Positions 25,549 to 37,577 of a DNA stretch of 64,000 bases are shown here, one piece after another. The notes under the pieces are model-generated. The model made no database searches and was not told the DNA's origin. It saw nothing but the letters and a program-made list of their open reading frames with translations. The stretch is from Clostridiales bacterium (lineage in GTDB: Bacteria; Bacillota; Clostridia; Christensenellales; UBA1242). Location of the stretch: the NCBI GenBank assembly GCA_003522085.1, contig DPGI01000005.1, forward strand, positions 63,044 to 127,043. The letters are read 5' to 3'. Every line of letters begins with the position of its first letter. Position 1 is the first letter of the stretch. Position numbers and translations under genes: made by a program.

Positions 25549-27977
25549 ATATAGGCGGTAATTATTTTTCGGACACAATCGAAAAAGTAATCAAAAACGC
25601 AAGTCGTATAGCCTTGCGATTTGGAAGTGACGTCGTAGGAACCGAGCATATTCTTTATGGCATAACTTCCGTTAAAGAAAGTCTTTCAGCCAAAGCGCTT
25701 GCAGAATATGGAGTGACTGAAGAAGATTTATTCGAACTTTTCAGTGACAACTGTTATGAAGAGCAAGTTTTTGGCAGTGTAGAACTTTCTCCACGAGTAA
25801 AAGATCTTTTCAAAACAGCGCAACAAATCGCGCTTGAATACAACCATTCTTTCCTTGGCACAGAGCACCTTTTCTTAGCGCTTTTGTCATCGCAAGGATC
25901 GGTTGCATTAAAATTGCTTACAAATCATTATGGAGTCGACATTCAAGCGCTTTACAACAAAATTGCAATGTCGCTTGAACAATCATCGCTCTCATCAAAC
26001 GAGCAAAAATCGCAAAATCAATCAAAAAGCACTTTGCCTGAAAAGTTGCTTGAAATGGGCAGTGATATAACCTTAAAGGCAAAAGAACACAAACTCGATC
26101 CCGTAATAGGAAGGGAAGACGAAATCGAAAGAATCATCGAAATCCTTTGCCGAAAAACCAAAAACAACCCAGTGCTTATCGGTGAAGCTGGCGTCGGCAA
26201 AACCGCAATAATCGAAGGCCTTGCACAGGCAATCGTAAGCGGAAATGTTCCCGAACAATTAAAAGGCAAAATCATCTATTCGCTTGAAATTGGCGGACTT
26301 ATGGCAGGCACAAAATATCGTGGCAGCATGGAAGAAAAACTGAAAGATGCCATCGAAACAATTATTAAAGACAAAAACATAATTGTTTTCATCGATGAAA
26401 TCCACACACTTGCACAAGCCGGCTCAAAAGACGGCGAAACAAGCCCAGCTGATATGTTAAAACCATATCTCGCACGTGGTGAAATGCAAACAATCGGTGC
26501 AACAACAACTGACGAATATCGCAAATTCATCGAAAAAGACAAGGCACTTGAGCGTCGTTTCCAACCAATACTTGTATCGCCACCATCAGTCAGTGATACA
26601 ATTCAAATTTTGAAAGGCTTAAAAGACACATATGAAGCCTTCCACAAAATTAAAATCAGCGACGAAGCCATCGAAGCCGCAGCAGTGCTTTCAGACCGTT
26701 ACATTATGGACAGATCTTTGCCAGACAAAGCCATCGACCTTATTGATGAAGCGTGCAGCAAAGCAAAAGTCAACTTCTCAATCAAGCCACAAGCGATAAA
26801 AGACCTTGAAGACAAAATTGCAGCACTTTCATCATCGCGAGATGACGCATCTCTTCAAAGAAACTATGAAAAGGCGGCAAACCTTCAATCTGAAATTATA
26901 AAACTTGAAGACGAACTCAAGAAAAAACAATCCAAACTTCAACCTAAAAAGCAATCAGTAAATCAAATTGGCGCAAACGAAATTGCAGCAGTAGTTGCAA
27001 AATGGACAGGCATTCCAGTAACAAGAATTACTGAAAGCGAAAAGGAAAAATTGCTTCACTTAGAAGAAATTTTACACAAACGTGTTGTCGGACAAGACGA
27101 GGCCGTTCAAGCGGTTGCAAAAGCAATCCGCCGTTCAAGAGTGGGCTTGCAAGATTCAAAACGCCCAATCGGTTCATTCTTGTTCCTTGGTCAAACTGGT
27201 GTCGGTAAAACCGAACTTTCAAAGGCAATCGCCGAAGCGCTGTTTGACGATGAAAACAACATAATCCGAATTGATATGTCAGAATACATGGAGTCGCATT
27301 CGGTGTCAAAGCTCATCGGTTCGCCTCCAGGATATGTAGGTTATGACGAAGGTGGTCAACTCACCGAAGCCGTTCGCCGCAGACCATACAGTGTAGTTCT
27401 TTTCGATGAAATTGAAAAAGCTCATCCTGACATTTTCAACGCGCTTTTGCAAATCCTTGACGATGGCAGATTGACAGACGGACAGGGCAGAACAGTAAGT
27501 TTTAAAAACACAGTCATCATCATGACATCAAACGTCGGTGCAAGCGAAGTCAGCCAAAACAAAAAACTTGGATTCTCTGACGAAAACGAACAACCTGTCA
27601 CTGACAAAGAAATTTATCTCCACGCGCTCAAACAAAAATTTAAACCTGAATTTATCAACCGTATCGACGTTGTTTGCGTGTTTGAACCACTCACTCAACC
27701 TCAACTTGTTATGATTGCAAAAATCTTAATATCAAACATCAACAAACGTTTGCTTGAAAAAGGTCTTACAATCAAAATGACAGAAGAAGCGCTTGACTTC
27801 ATCGTTCAAAAAGGCTCAAACAGCGAATATGGTGCTCGTCCATTAAAGAGATATCTTCAACAAGAAGTCGAAGACAGAATTGCTGAAAAATTACTTTTAG
27901 GCGAACTTGAAGAAAAGGGAACGATTGTGATTGATTGCAAAGACGGCGAGCTTGAATTCACTTCACAAAATGCTTAA
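25545..27977 (+). CDS. clpC: ATP-dependent Clp protease ATP-binding subunit ClpC
   Basis: Double Clp_N repeat, two AAA+ modules ([18 protein letters not shown]), and a middle coiled-coil/UVR region. It has an ATGA overlap with mcsB. Confidence 0.95.
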   Translation: MNIGGNYFSDTIEKVIKNASRIALRFGSDVVGTEHILYGITSVKESLSAKALAEYGVTEEDLFELFSDNCYEEQVFGSVELSPRVKDLFKTAQQIALEYNHSFLGTEHLFLALLSSQGSVALKLLTNHYGVDIQALYNKIAMSLEQSSLSSNEQKSQNQSKSTLPEKLLEMGSDITLKAKEHKLDPVIGREDEIERIIEILCRKTKNNPVLIGEAGVGKTAIIEGLAQAIVSGNVPEQLKGKIIYSLEIGGLMAGTKYRGSMEEKLKDAIETIIKDKNIIVFIDEIHTLAQAGSKDGETSPADMLKPYLARGEMQTIGATTTDEYRKFIEKDKALERRFQPILVSPPSVSDTIQILKGLKDTYEAFHKIKISDEAIEAAAVLSDRYIMDRSLPDKAIDLIDEACSKAKVNFSIKPQAIKDLEDKIAALSSSRDDASLQRNYEKAANLQSEIIKLEDELKKKQSKLQPKKQSVNQIGANEIAAVVAKWTGIPVTRITESEKEKLLHLEEILHKRVVGQDEAVQAVAKAIRRSRVGLQDSKRPIGSFLFLGQTGVGKTELSKAIAEALFDDENNIIRIDMSEYMESHSVSKLIGSPPGYVGYDEGGQLTEAVRRRPYSVVLFDEIEKAHPDIFNALLQILDDGRLTDGQGRTVSFKNTVIIMTSNVGASEVSQNKKLGFSDENEQPVTDKEIYLHALKQKFKPEFINRIDVVCVFEPLTQPQLVMIAKILISNINKRLLEKGLTIKMTEEALDFIVQKGSNSEYGARPLKRYLQQEVEDRIAEKLLLGELEEKGTIVIDCKDGELEFTSQNA

Positions 27978-28034
27978 AAACGCTTTGAAAAAAAGGCGAA
28001 CTTTGCTAGAATAATAAAGAAGGAGAAAACAAAT

Positions 28035-28559
28035 ATGAAAATTGAATTCTTAGAAAGAAATTACAAAATTTCAAACAAACTTAAAGACATAATCACAGAC
28101 AAAGTTGAAAGACTTTCAAAATATTTTGGTGATGATGCCAAAGTTAAAGTGCTTTGCAGCGAACAAAACAAAACACAAAAACTTGAGCTTACAATCGTAA
28201 ACAAAGGCATGCTTTACAGAAGCGAAGTATCAGGCGACGAAATGTATAACAACATCGACCTTGCACTTCCAAAAATCGAACGTCAAATCGTTCGTCACAA
28301 AGACAAAAAGATTGCAAAATCAAGAGTGAAAGAAGTTAATGCTTACGAGTTCATCAAAGAAGAACCAGAAGAAGAACTTGCAGACGTTTACAAGAAAAAA
28401 TCATTTAATCTTGACCCAATCACAGTTGACGAAGCAAAAGATTATATTGAACGTCTTGGACACACATTCTTTGTATTCTTAAATGCAGAAACAGGCAAAG
28501 TCAACGTGCTTTACAAAAGAAAAGACGAAAAATATGGCCTTATCGAAGTGAATTATTAA
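28035..28559 (+). CDS. hpf: ribosome hibernation-promoting factor (long HPF)
   Basis: RaiA/HPF N-domain plus the C-terminal dimerisation domain (PITVDEAKDYIERLGHTFFVFLNAETGKVNVLYKRKDEKYGLIE). Confidence 0.9.
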   Translation: MKIEFLERNYKISNKLKDIITDKVERLSKYFGDDAKVKVLCSEQNKTQKLELTIVNKGMLYRSEVSGDEMYNNIDLALPKIERQIVRHKDKKIAKSRVKEVNAYEFIKEEPEEELADVYKKKSFNLDPITVDEAKDYIERLGHTFFVFLNAETGKVNVLYKRKDEKYGLIEVNY

Positions 28560-28571
28560 GACATAAAAAAC

Positions 28572-28603
28572 AAAAAAATAGGTTGGTAACAACCTATTTT
28601 TTA
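28572..28603. terminator. bidirectional terminator between hpf and ung
   Basis: Stem aataggttg pairs with caacctatt around a 4-nt loop, flanked by an A-run and a T-run. Confidence 0.8.
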
Positions 28604-28639
28604 TTTTCTTTAATGCCAAATTATAATGCATTTTTTGCG

Positions 28640-29296
28640 CTATTTCCAGTCGATAGGGCTCTGTCCATTCTTTATTAAAAACTCGTTGCATTTTGAAAAA
28701 TGTTTGCAGCCGAAAAATCCGCGATAAGCCGAAAGTGGGCTTGGATGAGGCGCTTTCAAAACAAGATGTTGAGGCTCTATAATCGGTGCAAATTGTTGCG
28801 CGTGTGATCCCCAAAGCATAAACACGATTGGCTCTTTTCGCTTTGCCAAAAGTTCGATAATTTTGCCAGTAAATTGCTCCCAGCCTTTGCCTTTGTGGCT
28901 CATGGCGGCGTGTTTTCTGACAGTAAGAGTAGTGTTTAAAAGCAGCACACCTTGCTTTGCCCAGCGGCTTAAATCTCCGCTTTGAAGTGGCGTAACGCCT
29001 GTGTCAGATTTTATTTCTTGAAAGATATTTACAAGTGAAGGTGGCAGCGGAGTTGGATCAAGCACCGAAAAACTAAGTCCGTGCGCTTGTCCGGGTTCGT
29101 GATAAGGGTCTTGTCCTAAAATCACAACCTTAACCTTGTCATAAGGAACATAGTTTAGAGCGTTAAAAACAAGGTCGTCTTCGGGGTAAATATCATATTT
29201 TTCGCGTTCGCTTTTCAAAAAAGATTGCAGCGCAATAAAATAATCCTTGTTTGTTTCGTTTGCTAAAAGGTCAAGCCAGCTTTTTCTAATTTTCAT
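28640..29296 (-). CDS. ung: uracil-DNA glycosylase
   Basis: GQDPYH and HPSPLSA motifs. Length 218 aa. Confidence 0.95.
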   Translation of the reverse strand: MKIRKSWLDLLANETNKDYFIALQSFLKSEREKYDIYPEDDLVFNALNYVPYDKVKVVILGQDPYHEPGQAHGLSFSVLDPTPLPPSLVNIFQEIKSDTGVTPLQSGDLSRWAKQGVLLLNTTLTVRKHAAMSHKGKGWEQFTGKIIELLAKRKEPIVFMLWGSHAQQFAPIIEPQHLVLKAPHPSPLSAYRGFFGCKHFSKCNEFLIKNGQSPIDWK

Positions 29297-29398
29297 CTTA
29301 TGCCTCTAGAAAAATATTAACACAAAACAATCAAAAATGCAAATCACAGGCCATAATGTTTTGAAAAATAAGCAAAATATGCTATGCTCTAAGCATAA

Positions 29399-30709
<1,311 letters not shown>

Positions 30710-30718
30710 GGAGAAAAC

Positions 30719-31936
30719 ATGACAGACACAAAACTTTATGACACCTTAAAAGAAAGAGGATTATTATATCAATGCACCGACGAAGAGGGCTTGAAAAAAG
30801 CGCTTACATCAGGCGCGCCACTCGCACTTTATGAAGGAACTGACCCAACAATGGACAGCCTTCACCTTGGCCACTGCATTCCTTATTGCATTCTCCGCCG
30901 TTTTCAAAAGGCAGGGCACAAAGTTGTTCTTTTAATGGGCGGAGCAACAGCCTGCATCGGCGACCCAAGCGGGAAGAGCGAAATGCGCAGCATTATGAAC
31001 AAAGAAACAATCGCTCACAACATCGAAAAGATTAAAAATTCTCTTAAAATCTTCCTTGATTTTGATGGCGAAAACCCAGCCATAATTGTCAACAACGCAG
31101 ATTGGTTTACAGGTTATGATTACACCGATTTTATGCGTGAAATAGGAATTCATTTCAACGTAAACAAAATGCTTGCCAACGAACTTTACGCAAAGCGTAT
31201 CCAAGAAGGCGGGCTTACATTTTTTGAAATGGGGTATATGCTCATGCAAGCCTACGATTTTATTCGCTTAAATCGTGATTACGGCGTAACTCTTCAATAT
31301 GGTGGAGCAGACCAATGGGGGAATATCGTAGCGGGCGTAGAACTTCAACGTAAACTCAACTTTGCAAACAACACAAACATAAATCTTATCGGTGCAACAA
31401 ACCCACTTTTGGTTACTCCAGAAGGTGTAAAAATGGGCAAAACCGAACGTGGCGCAATATGGCTTGACCGTGACAAAATCACAGCCTATGACTTTTATCA
31501 AGGCATCTATCAAACACCCGACGCTTGCGTAGAAATGATGTTTGCACTCTTCACAGACATACCTATGCAAGAGGTTAGAGAGATGATTAAACGCGACATT
31601 GTCGCAGCAAAGAAAACTCTTTCATATGAAATCACAAAGTTTGTTCGTGGACAAGCTGACGCTGAAGAAGCACAACGCATGAGCGAAAACCTCTTTACCC
31701 ACGGCGGTGATGATGCGCCTACTTTTGTGTGCGCAGCCTCAGAATACCCACTAAATATTGTGGATGTTTTGGTAAAAGTTGGCTTTGCTTCATCAAAAGG
31801 CGAAGCGCGCAGACTTATCGAAGGTGGCGGTGTAAGTGTCGACGGCGAAAAAGTTAGTGCACTTGATTATCAAATAAGTGGCGATGCTCTCATCAAAAAA
31901 GGCAAGAAAAACTTTATAAAAGTGGTTAAAGAATAA
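30719..31936 (+). CDS. tyrS: tyrosine--tRNA ligase
   Basis: HIGH-type motif DSLHLGH, KMSKS-type KMGKTE, and a C-terminal S4 domain. It starts 9 nt after eno, with no leader. Confidence 0.9.
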   Translation: MTDTKLYDTLKERGLLYQCTDEEGLKKALTSGAPLALYEGTDPTMDSLHLGHCIPYCILRRFQKAGHKVVLLMGGATACIGDPSGKSEMRSIMNKETIAHNIEKIKNSLKIFLDFDGENPAIIVNNADWFTGYDYTDFMREIGIHFNVNKMLANELYAKRIQEGGLTFFEMGYMLMQAYDFIRLNRDYGVTLQYGGADQWGNIVAGVELQRKLNFANNTNINLIGATNPLLVTPEGVKMGKTERGAIWLDRDKITAYDFYQGIYQTPDACVEMMFALFTDIPMQEVREMIKRDIVAAKKTLSYEITKFVRGQADAEEAQRMSENLFTHGGDDAPTFVCAASEYPLNIVDVLVKVGFASSKGEARRLIEGGGVSVDGEKVSALDYQISGDALIKKGKKNFIKVVKE

Positions 31937-31952
31937 CAAAAAGCAATTTTAT

Positions 31953-32303
31953 ATGACAACAAAACAAGGCGTAATTGAAGTTAAAAAATCAAAGTTTTAT
32001 TATTATCGCTATGACGGTGACATGGCGGGCTTTGACGCGCTTTTGCCGAAAATAAAATCCGAACACAAAAAAGCCACGCACGTGGTTTATGCCTATTCGT
32101 TTTCGCAGCCATTCAACGAAAAATGCTGTGATGACGGCGAGCCAAAATCAACGGCAGGAGCACCGATTTTGTCAGTTATTCAAAAGAAGAAATTGTCAAA
32201 TGTCGCGGTAATTGTTGTTAGATATTTTGGCGGAATAAAACTTGGTGCTGGTGGTCTTGTCAGAGCGTATACAAAATCTGCAAGCGAAGCACTTTCGGAT
32301 TAA
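31953..32303 (+). CDS. YigZ/IMPACT-family N-terminal domain protein (short form)
   Basis: DDGEPKSTAGAPIL and VVVRYFGGIKLGAGGLVRAY signatures. Only the N-domain is present (116 aa). Confidence 0.7.
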   Translation: MTTKQGVIEVKKSKFYYYRYDGDMAGFDALLPKIKSEHKKATHVVYAYSFSQPFNEKCCDDGEPKSTAGAPILSVIQKKKLSNVAVIVVRYFGGIKLGAGGLVRAYTKSASEALSD

Positions 32304-32324
32304 AAATAAAAAATTGGAGCAGCA

Positions 32325-32945
32325 ATGCAAATTACAGAAATCAAAAAAATAGGCAAGGGAGATCGTTATTCGATTTTTATCGATGATATTTTTAATGGAA
32401 CTCTTGAAACCGAAATTTTGGTTAAAGAAAAACTTAAAACTGGCGATGAAATCAGTGAAGAGCGTTTAAAACAAATCAAACTCGACAACGGCAAACTCGC
32501 AGCGTTTTCGCGAGCCATTTCGTATATCGAAAAAGGTTTGCACACTGAAAAACAACTGCGCGCTTATCTTAAAGAAAAGGGCTTTTTGCCTGAAAGCATC
32601 GACGAAGCGATTGAAAAATTGCTTGAATATGGCTATATCGACGATACCTTGTATGCTGAAAGTTTTATCAACTCATACAAACATAAAAAAGGCAAAATCA
32701 AACTTAAATTTGAGTTGCGCACAAAAGGCGTTTCGCCTGAAATAATCGACGAAAAACTTGAAGAACTTTTGCAAGAAGACGAAACCGAAGAATCGGCGCG
32801 CAATCTTCTTCAAAAATATCTTAAAAACAAAACTTTTGACGCAAAAACAAAGCAAAAAGCATATGCGCATCTGATGAGCAAAGGCTTTGAAAGCGACGTC
32901 GTGTCAAAAGTGCTCAGCGAGGTAAAATATGAGAGTAGGGATTGA
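32325..32945 (+). CDS. recX: recombination regulator RecX
   Basis: Three-repeat helical pattern (EKQLRAYLKEKGF...IDEAIEKLLEYGYIDD...). Confidence 0.75.
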   Translation: MQITEIKKIGKGDRYSIFIDDIFNGTLETEILVKEKLKTGDEISEERLKQIKLDNGKLAAFSRAISYIEKGLHTEKQLRAYLKEKGFLPESIDEAIEKLLEYGYIDDTLYAESFINSYKHKKGKIKLKFELRTKGVSPEIIDEKLEELLQEDETEESARNLLQKYLKNKTFDAKTKQKAYAHLMSKGFESDVVSKVLSEVKYESRD

Positions 32946-33270
32946 CATCGAAGACATTTCGCGTATGAGCGAAAAACTCGCAGAAAAGATTGCGACCCCG
33001 TCAGAAAAGCAGTATTTGTCGCGCTTTAAAGAAGGCAAAGCCCAGCACATCGCATCGCTCTGGACAGCAAAAGAAGCCTGTGTAAAAATGCTTGATAAAA
33101 CAGACCTTAGTTTTTTAGAAATCGAAGTGTCGCACTCTGATTCGGGCAGACCTGCAATCGAGCTAAAAGGCGAAGCATTAAAGCGCTTTATTTCGCTTGG
33201 CCTTAAATCAATCGACATTTCAATTTCGCACACATCATCGCAAGCAATCGCAATAGTAATCGGCTGTTAA
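32929..33270 (+). CDS. acpS: holo-[acyl-carrier-protein] synthase
   Basis: GIDIEDISR, WTAKEACVK and ISISHT motifs. Length 113 aa. It overlaps recX by 17 nt. Confidence 0.85.
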   Translation: MRVGIDIEDISRMSEKLAEKIATPSEKQYLSRFKEGKAQHIASLWTAKEACVKMLDKTDLSFLEIEVSHSDSGRPAIELKGEALKRFISLGLKSIDISISHTSSQAIAIVIGC

Positions 33271-33345
33271 AATCGCAGAAATCGCTCCTAAAAACATCAA
33301 AAAAGAGATATTAAAAATTAAATAAAAATAAAATAAAATGATATT

Positions 33346-33384
33346 AAAAAACAGGGCACAAAAGTCCCTGTTTTATTTTTTTTG
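33346..33384. terminator. terminator between acpS and the convergent SBP gene
   Basis: Stem acaggg (33351-33356) pairs with ccctgt (33366-33371), followed by a long T-run and preceded by an A-run. Confidence 0.7.
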
Positions 33385-33415
33385 GTTTTTTCCATCAACG
33401 CATTTTCGCGCAGTT

Positions 33416-34444
33416 TTACAGTCCAAGGCGAGATGCGATTTCGGTGTTTACTATTTTGTTATAGTCGGTGTTTCCGTTAAGCATGCCCGCATTTTGCGTG
33501 ATTGCAAGAAGAGTGTCAAGCGATTGCCTGCTCATAACCATGTCATGTGAGAAAGCGTCGATTCGATAATAGGCCGCAACAGCGATTTTCAAATCGTCAA
33601 TGCTCATTCCTGTAAATGAGTCTTTAAGTGCTTGCGCAGCATCTTCTAAGTGGTTGTTTTCATAGCAGTCCTTCAAAAAGTCATAGCCGCGTCTAACAGC
33701 TTTTAAAAACTTTTCAGCAATGTCGCTGTGATTTTTTAAATAACTTTGCTTAGCGATAAAGCACGTGTAAGGAATCTTCTGATTTACAAGATCCGCAACC
33801 GACGCAACAATGTGATATTCTGGGTGAGCGGCAACCAAATTTGATGCGTTAGGTTCAAAAAGAGTGCAGTAGTTTGCATTTGAATTTTCAAACTCGCTGG
33901 CGATAGCGTTAAATGCTACGTCAGTTCGCAAATTAACCTTATCGCTGCCAACTCCGATTTGATAGCCAGCAACTCTTTCAATAGCATATTGCAGCGTCAT
34001 GGCTGGCATTCCGCCCGCACGGCCGCCGATTATAGTTTCACCCAAAAGGTCAGAGATTTTAAAGTCAGGACCCTTTTTTGAAACGATAAATGAGCCGTCA
34101 GTTTGAGTAAGTTGCCCAAAAACCATAGGCTGATCGGTTATGCCTTCCTGGCTTGTGTAAACAACTGTTTCAGGCCCAGCCAAAATCATATCTGCCGCAC
34201 CCGAAATAAGCGCAGTCATCGACACATCGCTTCCGCCACCGTTTGTAAGGTTGATTTGCAAGCCTTCGTCCTCAAAATAACCGAGATTGTTTGCGGCGTA
34301 GAAAGGCGCATAAAAGATGGAATGCGTCACTTCGTTGAAATTGATTTTTGTATAGTCTTTTCCGCCACAGCCAACGATAATGGTTGTGCAAACAGCAACG
34401 CAAAAACAAAGCAGCGATGCTACCAGTATTTTTATTTTTTTCAT
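33416..34444 (-). CDS. ABC transporter substrate-binding lipoprotein, NMT1/THI5 (sulfonate/nitrate/pyrimidine-precursor)-like
   Basis: Lipoprotein signal MKKIKILVASLLCFCVAVCTTIIVGCGG; I chose ATG 34444 after RBS gggagg. The body is SsuA/NMT1-like. No cognate permease or ATPase gene is adjacent. Confidence 0.65.
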   Translation of the reverse strand: MKKIKILVASLLCFCVAVCTTIIVGCGGKDYTKINFNEVTHSIFYAPFYAANNLGYFEDEGLQINLTNGGGSDVSMTALISGAADMILAGPETVVYTSQEGITDQPMVFGQLTQTDGSFIVSKKGPDFKISDLLGETIIGGRAGGMPAMTLQYAIERVAGYQIGVGSDKVNLRTDVAFNAIASEFENSNANYCTLFEPNASNLVAAHPEYHIVASVADLVNQKIPYTCFIAKQSYLKNHSDIAEKFLKAVRRGYDFLKDCYENNHLEDAAQALKDSFTGMSIDDLKIAVAAYYRIDAFSHDMVMSRQSLDTLLAITQNAGMLNGNTDYNKIVNTEIASRLGL

Positions 34445-34585
34445 TTTTCCTCCCTTTACAAGATTCATTTTATGCCACGAGCAAAAAATAGGTGAAAGTG
34501 CACATGCAAGAAGGAGGGCGTAAAAGAGAGCGGGCAAAAAGGAAGTGATTGCAGTGTGGTTGAAGCGTGGTTTAAAAAATAACTA

Positions 34586-34614
34586 TTGACAAAAAGACAA
34601 AAGCATGTTAGAAT
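34586..34614 (+). promoter_or_regulatory. consensus-like promoter with extended -10
   Basis: TTGACA (34586-34591), a 17-nt spacer ending in TGT, then TAGAAT (34609-34614). Confidence 0.7.
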
Positions 34615-34640
34615 AGAAAAGTAAATTTGGAGGACAAAAA

Positions 34641-34871
34641 ATGTCATTACTTCTTGATAACAATGTATGGGAAAGATTATTGCAGCCAAACGTTTTAACT
34701 GGCATTATTTTACTTGTAGTGGGAGTGATCGCGGCAATATTTGCTAAAAAGATTACAAAGCTTATAAGAAAAAGTGAAAAAGTAGAACCAAACGACAGAG
34801 TGCTTCTTACAATCAAAGCATTTGCACTTGTTGTTATTTTGGCAGCACTTATTGTAATGATAATTCAATAA
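34641..34871 (+). CDS. small two-TM membrane protein (76 aa), function unknown
   Basis: It has a strong promoter, RBS ggagga, two hydrophobic helices, and its own terminator. Confidence 0.6.
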   Translation: MSLLLDNNVWERLLQPNVLTGIILLVVGVIAAIFAKKITKLIRKSEKVEPNDRVLLTIKAFALVVILAALIVMIIQ

Positions 34872-34888
34872 CTTCCTAAAAGCATTTC

Positions 34889-34916
34889 AAACAAGCGAAT
34901 TCGCTTGTTTTTTTTT
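34889..34916 (+). terminator. rho-independent terminator
   Basis: Stem aacaagcg pairs with cgcttgtt around loop aatt, followed by a run of 9 T. Confidence 0.85.
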
Positions 34917-34973
34917 AACATATTTTGTATACTAACTTTGTTAGTATAACTTTTGGCAAGGAGAAGCACATCG

Positions 34974-37559
34974 ATGGATAAAACATACAATCCACATTCA
35001 TTTGAAAGCGAAATTTATAAAAATTGGATGGATAAAAAATATTTTAAAGCAACCCGCAATCCAAACAAAAAACCATTCACAATAATCATGCCACCACCAA
35101 ACGTAACAAGCAAGTTGCACATGGGGCATGCTTTTCAACAAACCATACAAGACATAATTATTCGTCGCAAAAGAATGCAAGGCTATGAAGCGCTTTGGCT
35201 TCCAGGAACAGACCACGCCGCAATCGCAACTGAAGCAATGGTTTCAAACAAACTTGCAAAGCAGGGCATAACAAAAGAAATGCTTGGCAGAGAAAAGTTT
35301 TTGCAAGAGATAAACGCATGGTATGATGAATACAAAAACACGATTATCGAACAATTCAAAATCATGGGCTATTCATGTGACTGGGATCGCCTTGCCTTTA
35401 CTATGGACGAACAAAACAACAAAGCGGTTCGTTGGGTTTTTGTTCACCTTTTCAAAAAAGGCTGGATTTACAAAGGAAAGCGCATAGTAAACTGGTGTCC
35501 ACATTGCAAAAGTTCAATTTCAGACGCCGAAGTAGAATTTAAAGAAGAAAAATCGCATTTCTGGCACATCAAATATCAAATTGAAGGAACAAATGACTAT
35601 CTTGAACTTGCCACAACGCGCCCAGAAACCATACTTGGCGACACAGCGGTTGCTGTCAATCCAAATGACAAACGCTACAAGCACCTTGTTGGCAAAAATG
35701 TAATTCTTCCAATCTTAAACAAGCCAATTCCAATTGTAGCCGACGACTATGTTGAAATGGACTTTGGAACAGGCGTTGTAAAAATCACTCCAGCGCACGA
35801 TCCAAACGACTTTGAAGTCGGCAGACGTCACAATCTCGAAGTTATCAAAATCTTAAACGACGACGCTACCTTAAACGACAAATGCGGCAAATACGCAGGC
35901 ATGAGTCGCGAACAAGCGCGCGAAGCGATCGTCGAAGACCTTAAAAAACTCGGCAACTTAGTCCGCATCGAAGATTATGCCCACAATGTTGGACATTGTG
36001 AAAGATGTAAAACAATCATCGAACCTGTCGTATCAAATCAATGGTGGGTTGATATGTCTCAACTCAAAATCCCAGCAATCAAAGTGGTTGAAGAAGGGAA
36101 GGTTAGATTTGTAGACGAACAATACAAAAAAACATATCTTCACTGGATGTATAATCTTAACGACTGGTGCATTTCGCGTCAACTTTGGAACGGTCACCGC
36201 ATTCCAATTTTCACTTGCCAAGATTGCGGCGAAGTAATATGCGAACTTGAAGATCCAACTGTTTGTCCAAAATGCGGCAGCAAACACTTGTTGCAAGAGC
36301 AAGACACACTCGACACATGGTTCAGTTCTGCACTCTGGCCACTTTCAACACTTGGATTCCCAGACAAGAAAGAAGACTTAGCGTATTTCTATCCAACTGA
36401 CGTGCTTGTGACAGCCCGCGAAATCATCAATTTGTGGGTTGCCCGCATGATATTCAGCGGACTTGAATATTATGGCGACATTCCATTCCGCGACATCGTT
36501 ATAAACGGTATCGTAAAAGACGCAAACGGCAAAAAAATGAGCAAAACACTCGGAAATGGAACCGATCCACGTGACGTAATCAAAGAATATGGCGTCGACA
36601 TTTTGAGATATTCGTTGTTCAACGGCATATCAATCAACATGGATTCACGTTTCTCTGAAAAGAAAGTAGAACTCAGCCGAAATTTCTTAAACAAAGTTTG
36701 GAACGCAAGCAAATATGTGCTTATGCAACTTGAAGGCAACGAGGTTAAAGACATAAGCGAAGTTAAACTCAACCTTGCCGACAAATGGATTATCACACAA
36801 ACAAACAAACTTATCGACAGCGTAAATCGCAAGTTCGACAAGTATGACATTGGCATGGCAGAATCAGAACTTGGCGACTTCTTCTGGACAAAATTCTGCG
36901 ATTATTACATCGAACTCAGCAAAACCGACATGGCAGGCGACAATGCCGAAGCGTCAAGGGCAACGCTCAACTATGTCTTGACCATTCTGCTTAAATTGTT
37001 GCACCCATTCATTCCATTTATCACCGAAAAAATCTATCTTGAACTTCCAAAGCACGACGAAAGCATTATGATTTCGGCATGGCCAGAAAAGACCCAAGAC
37101 TATGAAATAGAATCAAACGAAATGGAAGAGATTATAAAAATCATCGGCAGCATCAGAAACGCACGAAACGAGAAAAAAGTGCCAGACAACAAAAAAATTG
37201 TGATAAAAATTTTTCCAACCAAAAATAAACAACTCTTTAAGGCTGCAAGCGGTTACATTAAAAAATTGTGCTTAGCAAGTGATGTCTTGTCTATAAGCAG
37301 TGAAGAGCCATCACAAGGCGCAATCAACCTTACATTCAACGATTGCAAAGTTATTTTGCCACTTGAAAGCATGGTTGACATGGGCGAAGAAAAGGCACGC
37401 CGTGAAAAAGAAATTGAAAGCGTTAAATTCGAAATCGCAAGAAGTGAAGGTATGCTTTCAAATCCAAAATTCGTAGAAAAAGCACCTGCCGCACTTGTTG
37501 AACAAGAACGTCAAAAACTTGAAAAGAACAAACAACTCTTGCAAGAATTGCAAAAATAA
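34974..37559 (+). CDS. valS: valine--tRNA ligase
   Basis: PPPNVTSKLHMGH (HIGH), KMSKTLGN (KMSKS), the CP1 editing domain, and a C-terminal coiled coil. I chose ATG 34974 after RBS aaggag. Confidence 0.95.
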   Translation: MDKTYNPHSFESEIYKNWMDKKYFKATRNPNKKPFTIIMPPPNVTSKLHMGHAFQQTIQDIIIRRKRMQGYEALWLPGTDHAAIATEAMVSNKLAKQGITKEMLGREKFLQEINAWYDEYKNTIIEQFKIMGYSCDWDRLAFTMDEQNNKAVRWVFVHLFKKGWIYKGKRIVNWCPHCKSSISDAEVEFKEEKSHFWHIKYQIEGTNDYLELATTRPETILGDTAVAVNPNDKRYKHLVGKNVILPILNKPIPIVADDYVEMDFGTGVVKITPAHDPNDFEVGRRHNLEVIKILNDDATLNDKCGKYAGMSREQAREAIVEDLKKLGNLVRIEDYAHNVGHCERCKTIIEPVVSNQWWVDMSQLKIPAIKVVEEGKVRFVDEQYKKTYLHWMYNLNDWCISRQLWNGHRIPIFTCQDCGEVICELEDPTVCPKCGSKHLLQEQDTLDTWFSSALWPLSTLGFPDKKEDLAYFYPTDVLVTAREIINLWVARMIFSGLEYYGDIPFRDIVINGIVKDANGKKMSKTLGNGTDPRDVIKEYGVDILRYSLFNGISINMDSRFSEKKVELSRNFLNKVWNASKYVLMQLEGNEVKDISEVKLNLADKWIITQTNKLIDSVNRKFDKYDIGMAESELGDFFWTKFCDYYIELSKTDMAGDNAEASRATLNYVLTILLKLLHPFIPFITEKIYLELPKHDESIMISAWPEKTQDYEIESNEMEEIIKIIGSIRNARNEKKVPDNKKIVIKIFPTKNKQLFKAASGYIKKLCLASDVLSISSEEPSQGAINLTFNDCKVILPLESMVDMGEEKARREKEIESVKFEIARSEGMLSNPKFVEKAPAALVEQERQKLEKNKQLLQELQK

Positions 37560-37577
37560 AAACATAAAGGAAGGCAC

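Noticed and set aside
34445-34585. TPP or other riboswitch upstream of the NMT1/THI5-like SBP gene
   Set aside because: The minus-strand leader lacks the CUGAGA / ACCUGAUCUGGAUAAUGCCAGCG-type conserved TPP elements, and I could not recognise any other riboswitch core by eye.
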